This document shows positions 51,857 through 62,600 of a stretch of DNA of 64,000 bases, piece after piece. How positions within the stretch are numbered: position 1 is the first letter of the stretch; every line of letters begins with the position of its first letter. Below the pieces are notes generated by a model. That model worked only from the letters and a program-made list of their open reading frames with translations, was not told the DNA's origin and did no database searches. This stretch comes from Limnothrix sp. BL-A-16 (lineage in GTDB: Bacteria; Cyanobacteriota; Cyanobacteriia; CACIAM-69d), in NCBI GenBank assembly GCA_041937175.2, contig CP166615.1, forward strand, positions 1,280,001 to 1,344,000, in the 5' to 3' direction. A program made the position numbers and the translations under genes.

Positions 51857-53614
51857 CTAGGTTCCGGCTTGGGCGATCGGGCAGGGGGTGCATTCCTGTT
51901 GGCGACGCTGCAAGGCGGATTCATAGAAAGTTTCCAGGGCCCGGACACCGTGAATTTGGTTAAATATGCGGGCCGATCGCTGGGCGATTTCTAAGCGAAG
52001 ATTCTGTCGCCAAGCCCGATCGCACCCTAACCCGATCGCCAAATCACAATAGTCTTCGGGGGTTTGGGCAATGGTTTCCGTCAGCCCCAGTTCCGTGAGG
52101 ATGGCGGCGGCATGACGACCGCGCATCAAGGCTCCGGGCAGGGTGACGACAGGGAGGCCAGCGGCGATCGCCTCCAGGGTGCTGTTGCAACCGGACCAGT
52201 CGATCGAGTCGAGGAAGATATCGGCCAGTTGGTTCAGTTGCCAAAACTGTGTTTGGGATTGGGGCGGCAGGATCGTGCAGTGGTCAGCAAAAGCCAGGCC
52301 GGCGGCCGCAAAGGCGGCCCCTAGGCGCTGGGCAAAGGGCGGGGCCGCTTCTGGAAAAGGGCTGGCAAGGAAAACGAGGCGCGATCGGGGAACCGCTTGG
52401 GCAATTTCCACCCACAGCCGATCGGCTTGGGGCAAATACTTATACAACGATTGGCAACAGAGATAAACCACTTCGTCGTCCGCCAGACCCAGTTGGGCCC
52501 GATCGAGCTGAGGCTGGGGGGCAATCGGGGGGCGATCGTAGGCGATGCCCAATCCCGGTAAACAGATCAAGGTTTCGCTGTAGTGGGTTTCGGCCTGGGG
52601 TGGTTCCATCCGATCACTCGAGAGGTAATAGTCCACCGTGGGCAGACCGGTAGTGACCGGATGGCCCCAGGTGGCGCATTGGACAGGCGCAAACCGCCAA
52701 CCGCCAATCAGATACATCACCGAATCCATGCCCACATCCAGCATCACCGCCACATCAAGCTGATCCTGCCAAGCGGCCCGGCAAAAGGCGGCATAGCGCT
52801 GGGGATTGAAGTCGTTGCCCGTTTCCCAAAAGGCAAATCGATCGCTCAGGCGGCGGGCTTCGTCCGTGGTGGCATCCCAGCGATTGCCGGCATAGTAGCT
52901 ATAGATTTCCAGGCGATCGCGATCGGCATGGCGCAACCAACCCAGGTGGGTTTTCATCACGGAGTGGTGATAAAAATGGCTGCTGAAATAGCCAATCCGT
53001 AATCGATCACCCAAGGCGCGATCACGGGGCCAGCGGGGTTGCAAGGGGGCTAAATCAGGAAAAACCGTGGCTAAGGTTTGGCACACCCAAGCACCGTATT
53101 GTTCTTGCAGGGCCCGATCGTTCTGGCCCTGGTAGTTCAAATAAAAAGGAACCCGCAGGGCGATCGCCTGTAGCGCCAACTGCATCAGGGCCGGGTGCGA
53201 TCGTGTGAGGCTAATCAGCCGATCCAATCCTTGGGCATAGTTCGATCGCGCCTGCCCGAGGGCGGCCTCGGTTTCATAAACCGATGGCAGCTTTAACCAC
53301 CCATCAAAGGCCGCCAGGGCCCCCGCATACCAAGTTTCTCGTTGGGGTTCCAGGGCCAAGGCTTTGCACCAGGCCTCGATCGCCCCGGCCACCTGGCCCG
53401 ACTGCCGCAACAGTTCTCCCAGAGCCGCGTAGGGTTCGGCGGCCATCGGATTGGTCAAGATTTGCGATCGCCAATGGGCCCGATCGACCCCCACGGATCC
53501 CGGAGCAGCCGACGGATCAAAATTAGACGGTGGGGATGGGGTGGGCGAATCCATAACCATCAACGGGAACCAAAGGGGCGATCCAACCATGCCCCGATCG
53601 GGCGGCGAGCGCAA
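51857..53614 (-). CDS. SPINDLY/OGT-like GT41 glycosyltransferase
   Basis: RLRIGYFS...HSV, APVQCATWGHPVTTGLPTVDY, QSLYKYLP, DIFLDS, LEAIAAGLPVVT; short N-terminal TPR. Confidence 0.88.
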   Translation of the reverse strand: MRSPPDRGMVGSPLWFPLMVMDSPTPSPPSNFDPSAAPGSVGVDRAHWRSQILTNPMAAEPYAALGELLRQSGQVAGAIEAWCKALALEPQRETWYAGALAAFDGWLKLPSVYETEAALGQARSNYAQGLDRLISLTRSHPALMQLALQAIALRVPFYLNYQGQNDRALQEQYGAWVCQTLATVFPDLAPLQPRWPRDRALGDRLRIGYFSSHFYHHSVMKTHLGWLRHADRDRLEIYSYYAGNRWDATTDEARRLSDRFAFWETGNDFNPQRYAAFCRAAWQDQLDVAVMLDVGMDSVMYLIGGWRFAPVQCATWGHPVTTGLPTVDYYLSSDRMEPPQAETHYSETLICLPGLGIAYDRPPIAPQPQLDRAQLGLADDEVVYLCCQSLYKYLPQADRLWVEIAQAVPRSRLVFLASPFPEAAPPFAQRLGAAFAAAGLAFADHCTILPPQSQTQFWQLNQLADIFLDSIDWSGCNSTLEAIAAGLPVVTLPGALMRGRHAAAILTELGLTETIAQTPEDYCDLAIGLGCDRAWRQNLRLEIAQRSARIFNQIHGVRALETFYESALQRRQQECTPCPIAQAGT

Positions 53615-53872
53615 TAGGCGTTCTGGGTCACGGCCAAAGATCCCAGCCCAATCAGCCTCAACCCAGTATCGAAAAAATCACCCAAATCATGACCCAGAAA
53701 ACACATCACCCAGAAAAAACCCAGAAAAAACCCAAAAATTATCAAAACATCTTCAAAAAAACCGCCAGATGTCTAGCATCCGGCGGCTTGTTGCTTGAAG
53801 TGCCATTAATCGGGAAAAACCATTGCCCGGTTTGGGTTCCTCAATGTTGTCCAGAATGTTGTCTAGGCTGGC

Positions 53873-55456
53873 CTAGGGTTCAAGGGTCGGAGCCAAAGAC
53901 ACTGCCCGATCGACCACCGGAGCCTTGGCCGTTGCCGCTGGCAACTTCAAAGAAGCTTGCAACATCGGCGATTGGGCCACCGCATCATTGGCGATCGCGA
54001 ACAGCGGATTCGACAAGATCCCCGCCAGCGATGTGGCAATCACCGACAACACCAAGCCCACTTGCAAAGGACGCATCCCCGGAAGTTTCCAGCTAATGGC
54101 CGGGTAGTTCTTCACCGACTCGGACATTTCGTGCGGTTCCTTCACCACCATCATCTTCACCACACGAATGTAGTAGTAGATGGAAACCACGCTGGTGACC
54201 AAACCCAACAGCACCAGGGTATACAGGCCCGCTTGCCAGCCCACCCAGAACAGGTAGATCTTGCCGAAGAAGCCAGCCAGGGGCGGAATGCCACCCAGGG
54301 ACAGCAGCGACACACTCAGACCCAAGGTCAACAGGGGATCTTTTTGGTAAAGCCCCGAGTATTCGCTGATCTCGTCCGTACCGGTGCGCAGGGAGAACAG
54401 AATCACGCAGGCGAAACCGCCCAGGTTCATGAACAAATAAACCAACAGGTAAAACACCATGCTGGCGTAGCCGTCGGCGCTGTTGGCCAACAACCCGATC
54501 GTCACGAAGCCGGCCTGCCCGATCGAGGAATAAGCCAGCATCCGCTTCATGCTGGTTTGGGCCAGGGCTACTACGTTCCCCAGCACCATACTCAGAATGG
54601 CCAGGGCCGTGAACACAAAGTGCCATTGTTCCGACACCAGCGGGAAAGCCGTCACCAACAGGCGAATGGCCAGGGCAAACCCAGCCGCCTTGGAACCCAC
54701 GGACAAAAAGGCCACCACCGGAGTGGGGGAGCCTTCATACACGTCGGGAGTCCATTGGTGGAAGGGCACGGCGGAAATTTTGAAGGCAATCCCCGCGATC
54801 GCGAAGACCAGCGCCACCACAATCCCAATTTGGGGCGTGGTGGGGTTGCTGGCAATTCCGGCGGCGATTTCGTTCAAGCGGGTGTGGCCACCCGAGAGGC
54901 CGTAGAGCAACGAAGCGCCATAGAGGAAGATGGCCGAGCTGGAAGCCCCAATCAGCAAATACTTGAGAGCCGCTTCGTTGGAGCGCGGATCCCGCTTCAT
55001 GTATCCCGTCAGCAAGTAGGACGCGATACTGAGGGTTTCCAGCGCCACAAAAATCATCACCAACTCGTCAGCGCCCGACAGGAACATCCCGCCAACCGTT
55101 GCCGTGAGCAAAATGACGATGAATTCGCCCAGGGCCGTGCCGGTGGATTCCACATAGGCGATCGACATCAGAATCGTAATCGCCGACGACAGGGCGATGA
55201 TTCCCCGGAAAACACTGCCCAGGGTGTCGTTGCTGAAGCCGCCTAGGAAAGAAACCGGGTCTTCCGGGTTCCATTGCAGCCACAGGGCCACCACGGATCC
55301 CAACAGACCGGCCACGGCCAGATAAGGAGTCCAGCGCGATGCGGCCCGCCCGGACACGAGATCGATTAACAAGACTGCCAGGAGGGTCAAAATGACAATA
55401 CCTTCTGGCAGGATTGCCCAAGCGTTGAGCTGTGAGGCAACGGTTGAGAAGTCCAT
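53873..55456 (-). CDS. ndhB: NDH-1 subunit 2
   Basis: [42 protein letters not shown]. Confidence 0.98.
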   Translation of the reverse strand: MDFSTVASQLNAWAILPEGIVILTLLAVLLIDLVSGRAASRWTPYLAVAGLLGSVVALWLQWNPEDPVSFLGGFSNDTLGSVFRGIIALSSAITILMSIAYVESTGTALGEFIVILLTATVGGMFLSGADELVMIFVALETLSIASYLLTGYMKRDPRSNEAALKYLLIGASSSAIFLYGASLLYGLSGGHTRLNEIAAGIASNPTTPQIGIVVALVFAIAGIAFKISAVPFHQWTPDVYEGSPTPVVAFLSVGSKAAGFALAIRLLVTAFPLVSEQWHFVFTALAILSMVLGNVVALAQTSMKRMLAYSSIGQAGFVTIGLLANSADGYASMVFYLLVYLFMNLGGFACVILFSLRTGTDEISEYSGLYQKDPLLTLGLSVSLLSLGGIPPLAGFFGKIYLFWVGWQAGLYTLVLLGLVTSVVSIYYYIRVVKMMVVKEPHEMSESVKNYPAISWKLPGMRPLQVGLVLSVIATSLAGILSNPLFAIANDAVAQSPMLQASLKLPAATAKAPVVDRAVSLAPTLEP

Positions 55457-55830
55457 AGGGAATTAAATCCGTTGAGCGCTTGAAACAATTGCCATTTCTA
55501 GGTTGCAGGGAAATGCGGCCTGCGTTCGGTTAACCATTTTAGGGGTTGGCGCGTGGATCGCTACGCGATCGCGCTGGATAGGCGATAACAATCCCCAAAT
55601 GCCCCGATAACTAGCCAGTAATCGATCGCCCTTGGATCATCACCCGATCGCCGCCCGATCGCCCGGTTCGTCACTCTGAAAAACAGCCTTGGGTAGCCTC
55701 AAATTGCTTCAAGGGCTGCTGAAATTGCTTCAAATTTTCAAAGCCTCTCCGCAATATCTGTTGATTGGCCCCGCAAGATCTCCACAAAAATCCCAAAAAC
55801 TGCTCCCTACCTTCAGCATCTTCCCAGTCT

Positions 55831-56973
55831 TTAAGCAAATTGCAGCCGCAATAAAGAGAGGTCATCCTCAAAATAGCTGCGGCCACTGTTAAAGTCTTGC
55901 ACCCGATTCACGATTTGCTCCACCGCTCCCCGATCGGGAACCGCCCAGCATTCCCGCAGCACCTCCACGAAGGGATCCAGCCCCCAAACGGTACCATCGG
56001 GCATTCCCAGTTCATAAATGCCATCGCTGAAGATGTAGAGCGTGCTGCCGGGGGGGACTTCGCAAAAGGCTTCGCTATATTTAGCCTCCGCAAACATGCC
56101 AACGGGCAGCCCCACCGTTCTGAGGCGCTGGGCCGTTGGTAACGATTCTTTGCTGGGCGAGAGCAAAATTCCGGGCGGGTGGCCAGCGCTGGCATAGGCC
56201 AGGCTCCGGGTGCGGCGGCTGTAGACTCCATACCAAGCGGTGAAGTATTTGTCGTTGCGATCGTTCATCTGGAATGCGCCATTCAGGGCCCGCAACACCT
56301 CGCTGGGGCTGCCATAGTCCTGGATGGGGAGCGATCGGGAGCGTAGCAAATTCAACACCGACAACGAGGGCAGCGCCGCCTTCAGGCCATGGCCCGCCGC
56401 ATCCACCAGATAAACCACGAGTCGATCGTCATCGAGCCAATAAAAATCGAAACAGTCACCCCCCAAGCGGCTGGACGGTTCAAATTTGGCCGAAATATCC
56501 ACCGCGCCATCCATGGGTGCGGGCAGCAGGGTTTTGACATAATCGGCCGCTTCGGCCATTTCCTCTTCCAACAGCCGCTTTTGTTCCTTCAAGTCCTGGT
56601 TCAGTTGATGCAGCCGCAGGCCCGCCCGCACCCGGGCCTTGAGTTCGTTCATCTCGATCGGCTTGGACAGGAAGTCATCGGCTCCGGCATCCAACCCCCT
56701 GACCCGATCGTCCACGGAGCCAAGGGAGGTCAACAAAATGAAGAACGTGGAGGATAAACTGGCCTCCAGCTTGACCCGCCGACAAACCTCAATGCCGTCC
56801 ATCTTCGGCATCATCCAATCGCAAATGATCAGAGCGGGCTGCTGACTACAGGCCAACTCCAAACCAGCAACACCATCTTCTGCAACCAACACCTCATAGC
56901 CCTGTTTGGTCAGGGTGCGCTCTAGCAGACGGCGGATGGTGGGATCGTCATCGATAATCAGCAGACGGAACAT
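55831..56973 (-). CDS. REC-SpoIIE (PP2C, RsbU-like) phosphatase
   Basis: REC (IIDDD, CDWMMP, FLSKP); PP2C LGGD, DAAGHG, SAGHPP, FSDG, EDD. Confidence 0.93.
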   Translation of the reverse strand: MFRLLIIDDDPTIRRLLERTLTKQGYEVLVAEDGVAGLELACSQQPALIICDWMMPKMDGIEVCRRVKLEASLSSTFFILLTSLGSVDDRVRGLDAGADDFLSKPIEMNELKARVRAGLRLHQLNQDLKEQKRLLEEEMAEAADYVKTLLPAPMDGAVDISAKFEPSSRLGGDCFDFYWLDDDRLVVYLVDAAGHGLKAALPSLSVLNLLRSRSLPIQDYGSPSEVLRALNGAFQMNDRNDKYFTAWYGVYSRRTRSLAYASAGHPPGILLSPSKESLPTAQRLRTVGLPVGMFAEAKYSEAFCEVPPGSTLYIFSDGIYELGMPDGTVWGLDPFVEVLRECWAVPDRGAVEQIVNRVQDFNSGRSYFEDDLSLLRLQFA

Positions 56974-57032
56974 AGGTCAAGGCAGTGGTGGCAAGATGGA
57001 ACAAGAGGAGCAGCCCAAGTATTGGTCAATTC

Positions 57033-57086
57033 AGGCGTAATGTCTTAGGCGTAATGTCTTAGGCGTGATGTCTTAGGCGTGATGTC
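57033..57086. repeat. 14-bp tandem repeat x4
   Basis: AGGCGT(A/G)ATGTCTT x3 plus AGGCGTGATGTC. Confidence 0.9.
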
Positions 57087-57179
57087 GGCGTAAGATGCAG
57101 CCGCTGAACTGAAATGAACCGAGTGAATGAAAAAAGCCAAGTGAAATACACCGGATGAAATACGCCAAATCGCGTAAAT

Positions 57180-57206
57180 CAAATGGGGCAAATGGGGCAA
57201 ATGGGG
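57180..57206. repeat. 9-bp tandem repeat x3
   Basis: CAAATGGGG x3. Confidence 0.8.
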
Positions 57207-57669
57207 TCAATCGAATGACATCAGGCGAACCAAATTGAGCCGATGCCAACGAGATCGCGCCGAGTCCGATGGGCCCTTGACGTAGATGAGCACCGAGAAT
57301 GGGCACCAGGGATGAGCGTCGCTGGGGATTGCCGCCATTCCAGTCGAATAGTCCGGAAGAGTTGAGCCATTCTCCGAAGCAAGTTAGCCTGGGGAGTAAT
57401 GCGTGATCCTTCACGAATTGTCCCTGGGATTGGCGGCTGAGGGTTGAGTTGGCTGGGCCTGGGCCACAACGTGCAACGGGTTGCGATCGCGCCCCGAAAC
57501 GGACGAGTCTCGGTCACGGGAATTCCGCCCTGGCTGGAGTAGGAATCGTGAGCTATCAGTGGAGTACCTAGAATGGTACGGACTACGGCTGATTTTGGCA
57601 CAATGCCTGGGATGGCGTGGCTAAAATTCAGGGTTGAGACTGAAGGCTTGAGAATTCCGAACGCTTTGC

Positions 57670-58170
57670 TTGAACGCGCCGCAGAGGTTGGATGCTTTGA
57701 ATCCCAGCGTAAACCAAACGATTCGACTTCGCATTGCTAGCGATTTGGCGGTGCTCGATCGCGTTTTGAACTGGTTTGACACGCTCGATCGACCCCATGT
57801 GCCTCGTACTGTCTGGCTCCAATGCCTCTCGGTGCTGGCGGAGGTTTTCACGAATGCGGTGCGCCATGCCCATCGCCAACACCCTTGCGACACCCCGATC
57901 GACCTGGAGGCAGAACTCACGGCCACGGCCTTGACCTTGCGCCTTTGGGACTATGGGGAGCCGTTTGACTTGCGGCAGGCGGTGTTGGAACGGGGCCAGA
58001 CTCCTGAACCCCCAGAAACTTTTGATGTTGAACAACTCAGTGGTGGCGGGCGGGGCTTGACCATCCTGAACCGGGTGGCCGATCGCCTGAGCTATGATCC
58101 CCAGCCAGATGGTCGCAACCTGTTGGAGTTTGTGAAATATTTTGAACCGGTGTTCCCGATCGGGGATTGA
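57670..58170 (+). CDS. RsbW-like anti-sigma factor / Ser kinase (HATPase_c_2)
   Basis: LAEVFTNAVRHA, LWDYGEPFD, GGRGL, GRN. Confidence 0.88.
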   Translation: MNAPQRLDALNPSVNQTIRLRIASDLAVLDRVLNWFDTLDRPHVPRTVWLQCLSVLAEVFTNAVRHAHRQHPCDTPIDLEAELTATALTLRLWDYGEPFDLRQAVLERGQTPEPPETFDVEQLSGGGRGLTILNRVADRLSYDPQPDGRNLLEFVKYFEPVFPIGD

Positions 58171-58171
58171 G

Positions 58172-58765
58172 TCAAGCCTCGCGGCCAAACTCGATCGCCT
58201 CATATAGATCCGCAAGGGACAATTCCACCGACACCGCATCCAACAACACCCGATCGCTCAATTGCCCATATTCACTGAACAGCCACTGCTGATCCCCCGT
58301 TCGGGCGTAGAGTTCCACATGGGGCTGATATTGATCAATTAACAGATAGTTTTGCAGACTCGCGATCGTGCGGTAGGCGGCGAATTTTTCAGTGCGATCA
58401 TAAACCGCTGTTGATTTGGAAAGTACCTCAGCAATCAGGATCGGATTCATTACCGTATCGGTGCGATCAGGCTTCCGCTCAATGGGCCGTCGCGCCACCA
58501 TCACATCAGGATAGGTATATAAATTCGGCTCCGAGATCCACAGTCGTTGATCCGCCAAAGCGAGATCATAAGCTTGTCCTCGCAAGGCAAATTTCAGAAT
58601 GGTAATTAAATTAATCGCAATAAAATTATGCTCCGGTGTACCCCCTGTCATTGGAATAACTACCCCATTGCGATATTCATTTCGAGTTTCAGCCAAAATC
58701 TCTTGGGCTAAATAATCATCAGCGGTAATGATTGCAGGTTCCGGTAATAGGGCGATCGGCATCAT
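58172..58765 (-). CDS. Uma2 family endonuclease (DUF820)
   Basis: EYRNG..MTGGTPEH, YPDVMV, IAEVLSKST, YLLIDQ. Confidence 0.93.
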   Translation of the reverse strand: MMPIALLPEPAIITADDYLAQEILAETRNEYRNGVVIPMTGGTPEHNFIAINLITILKFALRGQAYDLALADQRLWISEPNLYTYPDVMVARRPIERKPDRTDTVMNPILIAEVLSKSTAVYDRTEKFAAYRTIASLQNYLLIDQYQPHVELYARTGDQQWLFSEYGQLSDRVLLDAVSVELSLADLYEAIEFGREA

Positions 58766-58768
58766 TCA

Positions 58769-59347
58769 CTAAAACTCCAGCGCTTCATAGAGATCAGAGA
58801 GATTTACTGTTACCGCCAGTTGATCGAACAACACCCGATCGCTCAGTTGCCCATATTCACTGAACAGCCACTGCTGATCCCCCGTTCGGGCGTAGAGTTC
58901 CACATGGGGTTGATATTGATCAATTAACAGATAGTTTTGCAGACTCGCAATCGTGCGGTAGGCGGCGAATTTTTCAGTGCGATCATAAGCCGCTGTTGAT
59001 TTGGAAAGTACCTCAGCAATCAGGATCGGATTCATTACCGTATCGGTGCGATCGGGCTTCCGCTCAATGGGTCGCCGCGCCACCATCACGTCAGGATAGG
59101 TATATAAATTCGGCTCCGGGATCCACAGCCGCTGATCGGCCACAAAAATACTGTATCCCTTTCCCTTCAAAGCGGTTCTGAGCAGAGCATTCAAGACGCT
59201 CGCAATTTCGTTATGCTCCGGTGTCCCCCCCGTCATTGGAACAACCACTCCATTGCGATATTCATTTCGAGTTTCAGCCAAAATTTCTTGGGCTAAATAA
59301 TCATCAGCAGTAATGATTGCAGGTTCCGGTAATAGGGCGATCGACAT
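58769..59347 (-). CDS. Uma2 family endonuclease (DUF820), tandem paralogue
   Basis: Same motifs; near-identical to its neighbour except in two blocks. Confidence 0.93.
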   Translation of the reverse strand: MSIALLPEPAIITADDYLAQEILAETRNEYRNGVVVPMTGGTPEHNEIASVLNALLRTALKGKGYSIFVADQRLWIPEPNLYTYPDVMVARRPIERKPDRTDTVMNPILIAEVLSKSTAAYDRTEKFAAYRTIASLQNYLLIDQYQPHVELYARTGDQQWLFSEYGQLSDRVLFDQLAVTVNLSDLYEALEF

Positions 59348-59631
59348 GGCAAGACTCCCGAATGATCGCTAGGGACTTTGACCCAAGCCTTCTAACAGGT
59401 GGCTTGATCCCAATCCAAAAAGAGGGAGAGTTAATCTCCCCCTAGTTCATTTTATGGTGTGAATTTGGGCAAGCGATCGCCCTGAATGCTTACGAGTCGA
59501 TCGCCCGTACTTTCGCCGGTTGCAATCGGCGCGATCGCATTCCGATCAGTTAAGTGACTTATTACCTATCGCGATCTGGTTCCACAATTTATGCAGCTTT
59601 TAGGCGATCGCTCGTCAGAATTAGAGTTTTG

Positions 59632-62600
59632 TTACAACACCACGCCCAGGACTTGGGTTTGTGCGCCTCGGGCTTGGGTCACGCCAATCACCCGATCGGA
59701 CGCTTCGATCGTGGGACGGCGCAAACTAACCACAATGAACTGTGCTTCGGCGGCCTGTTGTTTCACCATTTTGGCCAGGCGCTCCACGTTCGATCCATCA
59801 AGGAACATATCCACCTCATCGAAAGCGTAGAACGGTGACGGGCGGTAGCGCTGAAGGGCAAAAATGAAGCTGAGAGCCGTCAAGGACTTTTCGCCACCAG
59901 ACATGGAAGCCAGCCGCTGCACCGGTTTACCCTTGGGGTGGGCCACCAGGTTGAGACCGCTTTCTAAGGGGCTTTCGGGATCATCCAATTGCAAGCGGCC
60001 GTCGCCCTGGGATAGCTCGGCGAAAATGATTTGAAAGTTACGATCGACTGCATCAAAGGCCTCATAAAACGCCTGTTGGCGCAAGGTGGTGAAATTTTCC
60101 ACCCGCAATAACAATTCCGTGCGTTCTTGCTCGATCGTCGCTAGCTTTTCGCTCAGTTGATTCAGGCGGCCTTGCACCTGATCGTATTCTTCCAGGGCCA
60201 GCATATTCACCGGCTCCAGACTTTCTAACCGCCGCTGCAACATGCGAATGGTTTGATCCAGTTGTTCGCGGTGGGCAGCCAATTCGGCCGGATCGCTGGG
60301 CAAAGGTTCCGAATCGGGCGGTAGATCGGGCCGATCGCCCTCGGCCCGGTTTTCCAACTCCTGCAATTCCGCTTGCTGTTGTTGTTGGGTTTCTGCGAGT
60401 CGATCGCGCTGAAATTCCAGGGTTTGGAGCGCTTGGCGTTGACGATTCAGCGTCGTTTCTTGGCGATCGCGCGCTTGTTTGGTTTCGCCTAGGGTGGTTT
60501 CTAGGGCAGCAATTTGGGTTTGCAGATCAGCAATTTGCCGATCGAGGTCGGCTTGCTGCGCTTGCAGTTGTTGGAGCCGATCGGTCGCGGTGGTGATCTG
60601 ATCTTGGGCTTGGGCGATCTGTTGCGCCAGTTGTTGGCGCTGTTGGTTGAGGCGATCGGCTTCGCGGGTTTGGTCGGCCTGCTGGGCTTGGGCCGATCGC
60701 AAGTTATCCGCCAATTGTGAGAGCACCGATTCCCGATCGCGGATTTCCGTTTGGGCCTCGCTCCATTGGCTGTGGGCGGGCGAGTCCTCCAGTTGGGCGA
60801 TCGCCTGCCTTAGGTTGGCCAACTGGCGTTCGGCGGCCGGCAAGGCCCGATCGAGGGTGGCCAAGCGCTCCCGGCTGGTGGTCAGCTCCTGGGTCAGCCG
60901 ATCGCGTTGTTGGGCCAGGCGATCGCGCTGGCCCGTGGTGGCCGTCAGGGCCGCTTGCAGTTGCTCCAGTTGTCGTTGGGCATCGCGGCGAGTCTGGCGC
61001 AAATCGTTGAGGGTTTGGGTGTGGCGCTGGCTGTCTACTTGAGCCTGGGCGATCGCCCCATCACAACGGCCCAACACCCGATCAATATCCCGCAGTCGAT
61101 CGCGCAGTTCCGCCGCCGCCTTGGCTTCTTCGGTTTGCTCGCCACCCCCAAACCGGAGGCTCCCCCGGGACTTTTGCAAGCTACCGCCGGTCATGGCCCC
61201 GCTGGTTTCCAGCAGTTCCCCATCCAGCGTCACGATCCGATGGCGACCCAGGAGCGATCGCGCCTGATCCAACCGCTCAAACACCACCGTCCCGCCAAAC
61301 ACATACTCAAAAATGTTGCGGTAGCGATCGTCAAAATCCACCAGATTGACCGCGTAATCAATCCAGCCCGCCACCGTTGCCCGACCCCGGGCCATGGCCG
61401 CCGACTCACCGCCGCCCCCGCCGCGAATTTTGTTCAGGGGCAAAAAGGTGACACGACCGGCCCGCTCCCGTTTCAGGATTTCGATCGCCGCCGCCGCCAC
61501 CGCATCATCTTCCACCACCAAATGGCCCAGCCGCGCCCCGGCCGCAATTTCCAACGCCACCTGATAGGGCGGTTCCACCTGGCCCAAATTGGCCACCAAT
61601 CCACAAATTCCCGGCAAGTCACTTTGCAGCAGCAATTGCACCCCAAACGTGCCTTGGGCTTCCCGTTGGGCCTGGGTTTGGGCTTCCAGTTTGTCCAGTT
61701 GCCGTTGCACTTGCCGCTGCTCATCTTGCAAGCGGCTGCGGGTTTTCTGTTGGAGCTGCAATTCCTGCTCGGCGGCAGCCAACTGCTCGGCGGCCGTTTG
61801 GATTTGGGGTTCCAGGCTGCGGGTTTGCCGATCGACCGTTTGAAAGTCCCGATCGTGCTCATTCAGGCGATCGCCCGCCCGCTCCCATTCCGTGGCGATT
61901 TCCGCCAACTGGGTTTCGATTTGCTTCAGCCGCTCTTGCAACGTTGCCCGCTCCGTGCGCTGGGGATCGATCGACTCTTGGATCGTCTCCAACTGGTGGC
62001 GCAAGTCCGTTTGCTGTTGCACCCAAGCCTGGGACGCTTCCGCCAACTCCGCCGCCTCCGCCCGGGCCCGGTTCAGGTTGGCCGCTGCTCGATCGTGGGC
62101 CTGTTGCAATTCCTCCAGGCGCTCTTGCAATTCCGGCCCCGTGGCAGCCAAGGCGGCTTCGGTGCGATCGACCTCGGCTACCTCCGCCGTTAACCGGGCG
62201 ATCGTCTTTTGGTGGGTTTGTTGCTGTTGGGTCAGTTCCGTTTGTTGGCGCTGCACCTGATCCCGTTGGGCGCGGTGGGTGGCCAGCTCCGTTTGCAGGG
62301 CGATTTGTTCCGATTCCCCCAGGGATTTCACCGTTTGGTTCAGCCGCTCCAGTTCCGCCGCCTGGGTTTCTACTGCCGCCCGTTCCGCTACCAGCCGATC
62401 GGCCAACTGAGCCAAATCCTGTTCTCGCTGGGCGATCGATTGGCGCAACTGTTCCACTTTTGATTGTTCCAGCAACCAATCGACCACCGCCAAGCGTCCT
62501 TGCTGGCCCTGCATTTCCTGGCGAATTTGCTGATATTTCAACGCCTTGGTGCGGTCTTTGGCCAGGCGATCGCACTGAATTTGCAACTCTTGCTCCAGGA

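Noticed and set aside
53957..55246. 429-aa plus-strand ORF
   Set aside because: Antisense shadow of ndhB caused by codon bias.
57033..57086. 14-bp tandem repeats as a mini-CRISPR or iterons
   Set aside because: No spacers, and no rep or cas gene nearby.
58172..59347. Diversity-generating retroelement explanation for the Uma2 variable block
   Set aside because: Differences are not confined to adenines, and no reverse transcriptase is in the window.
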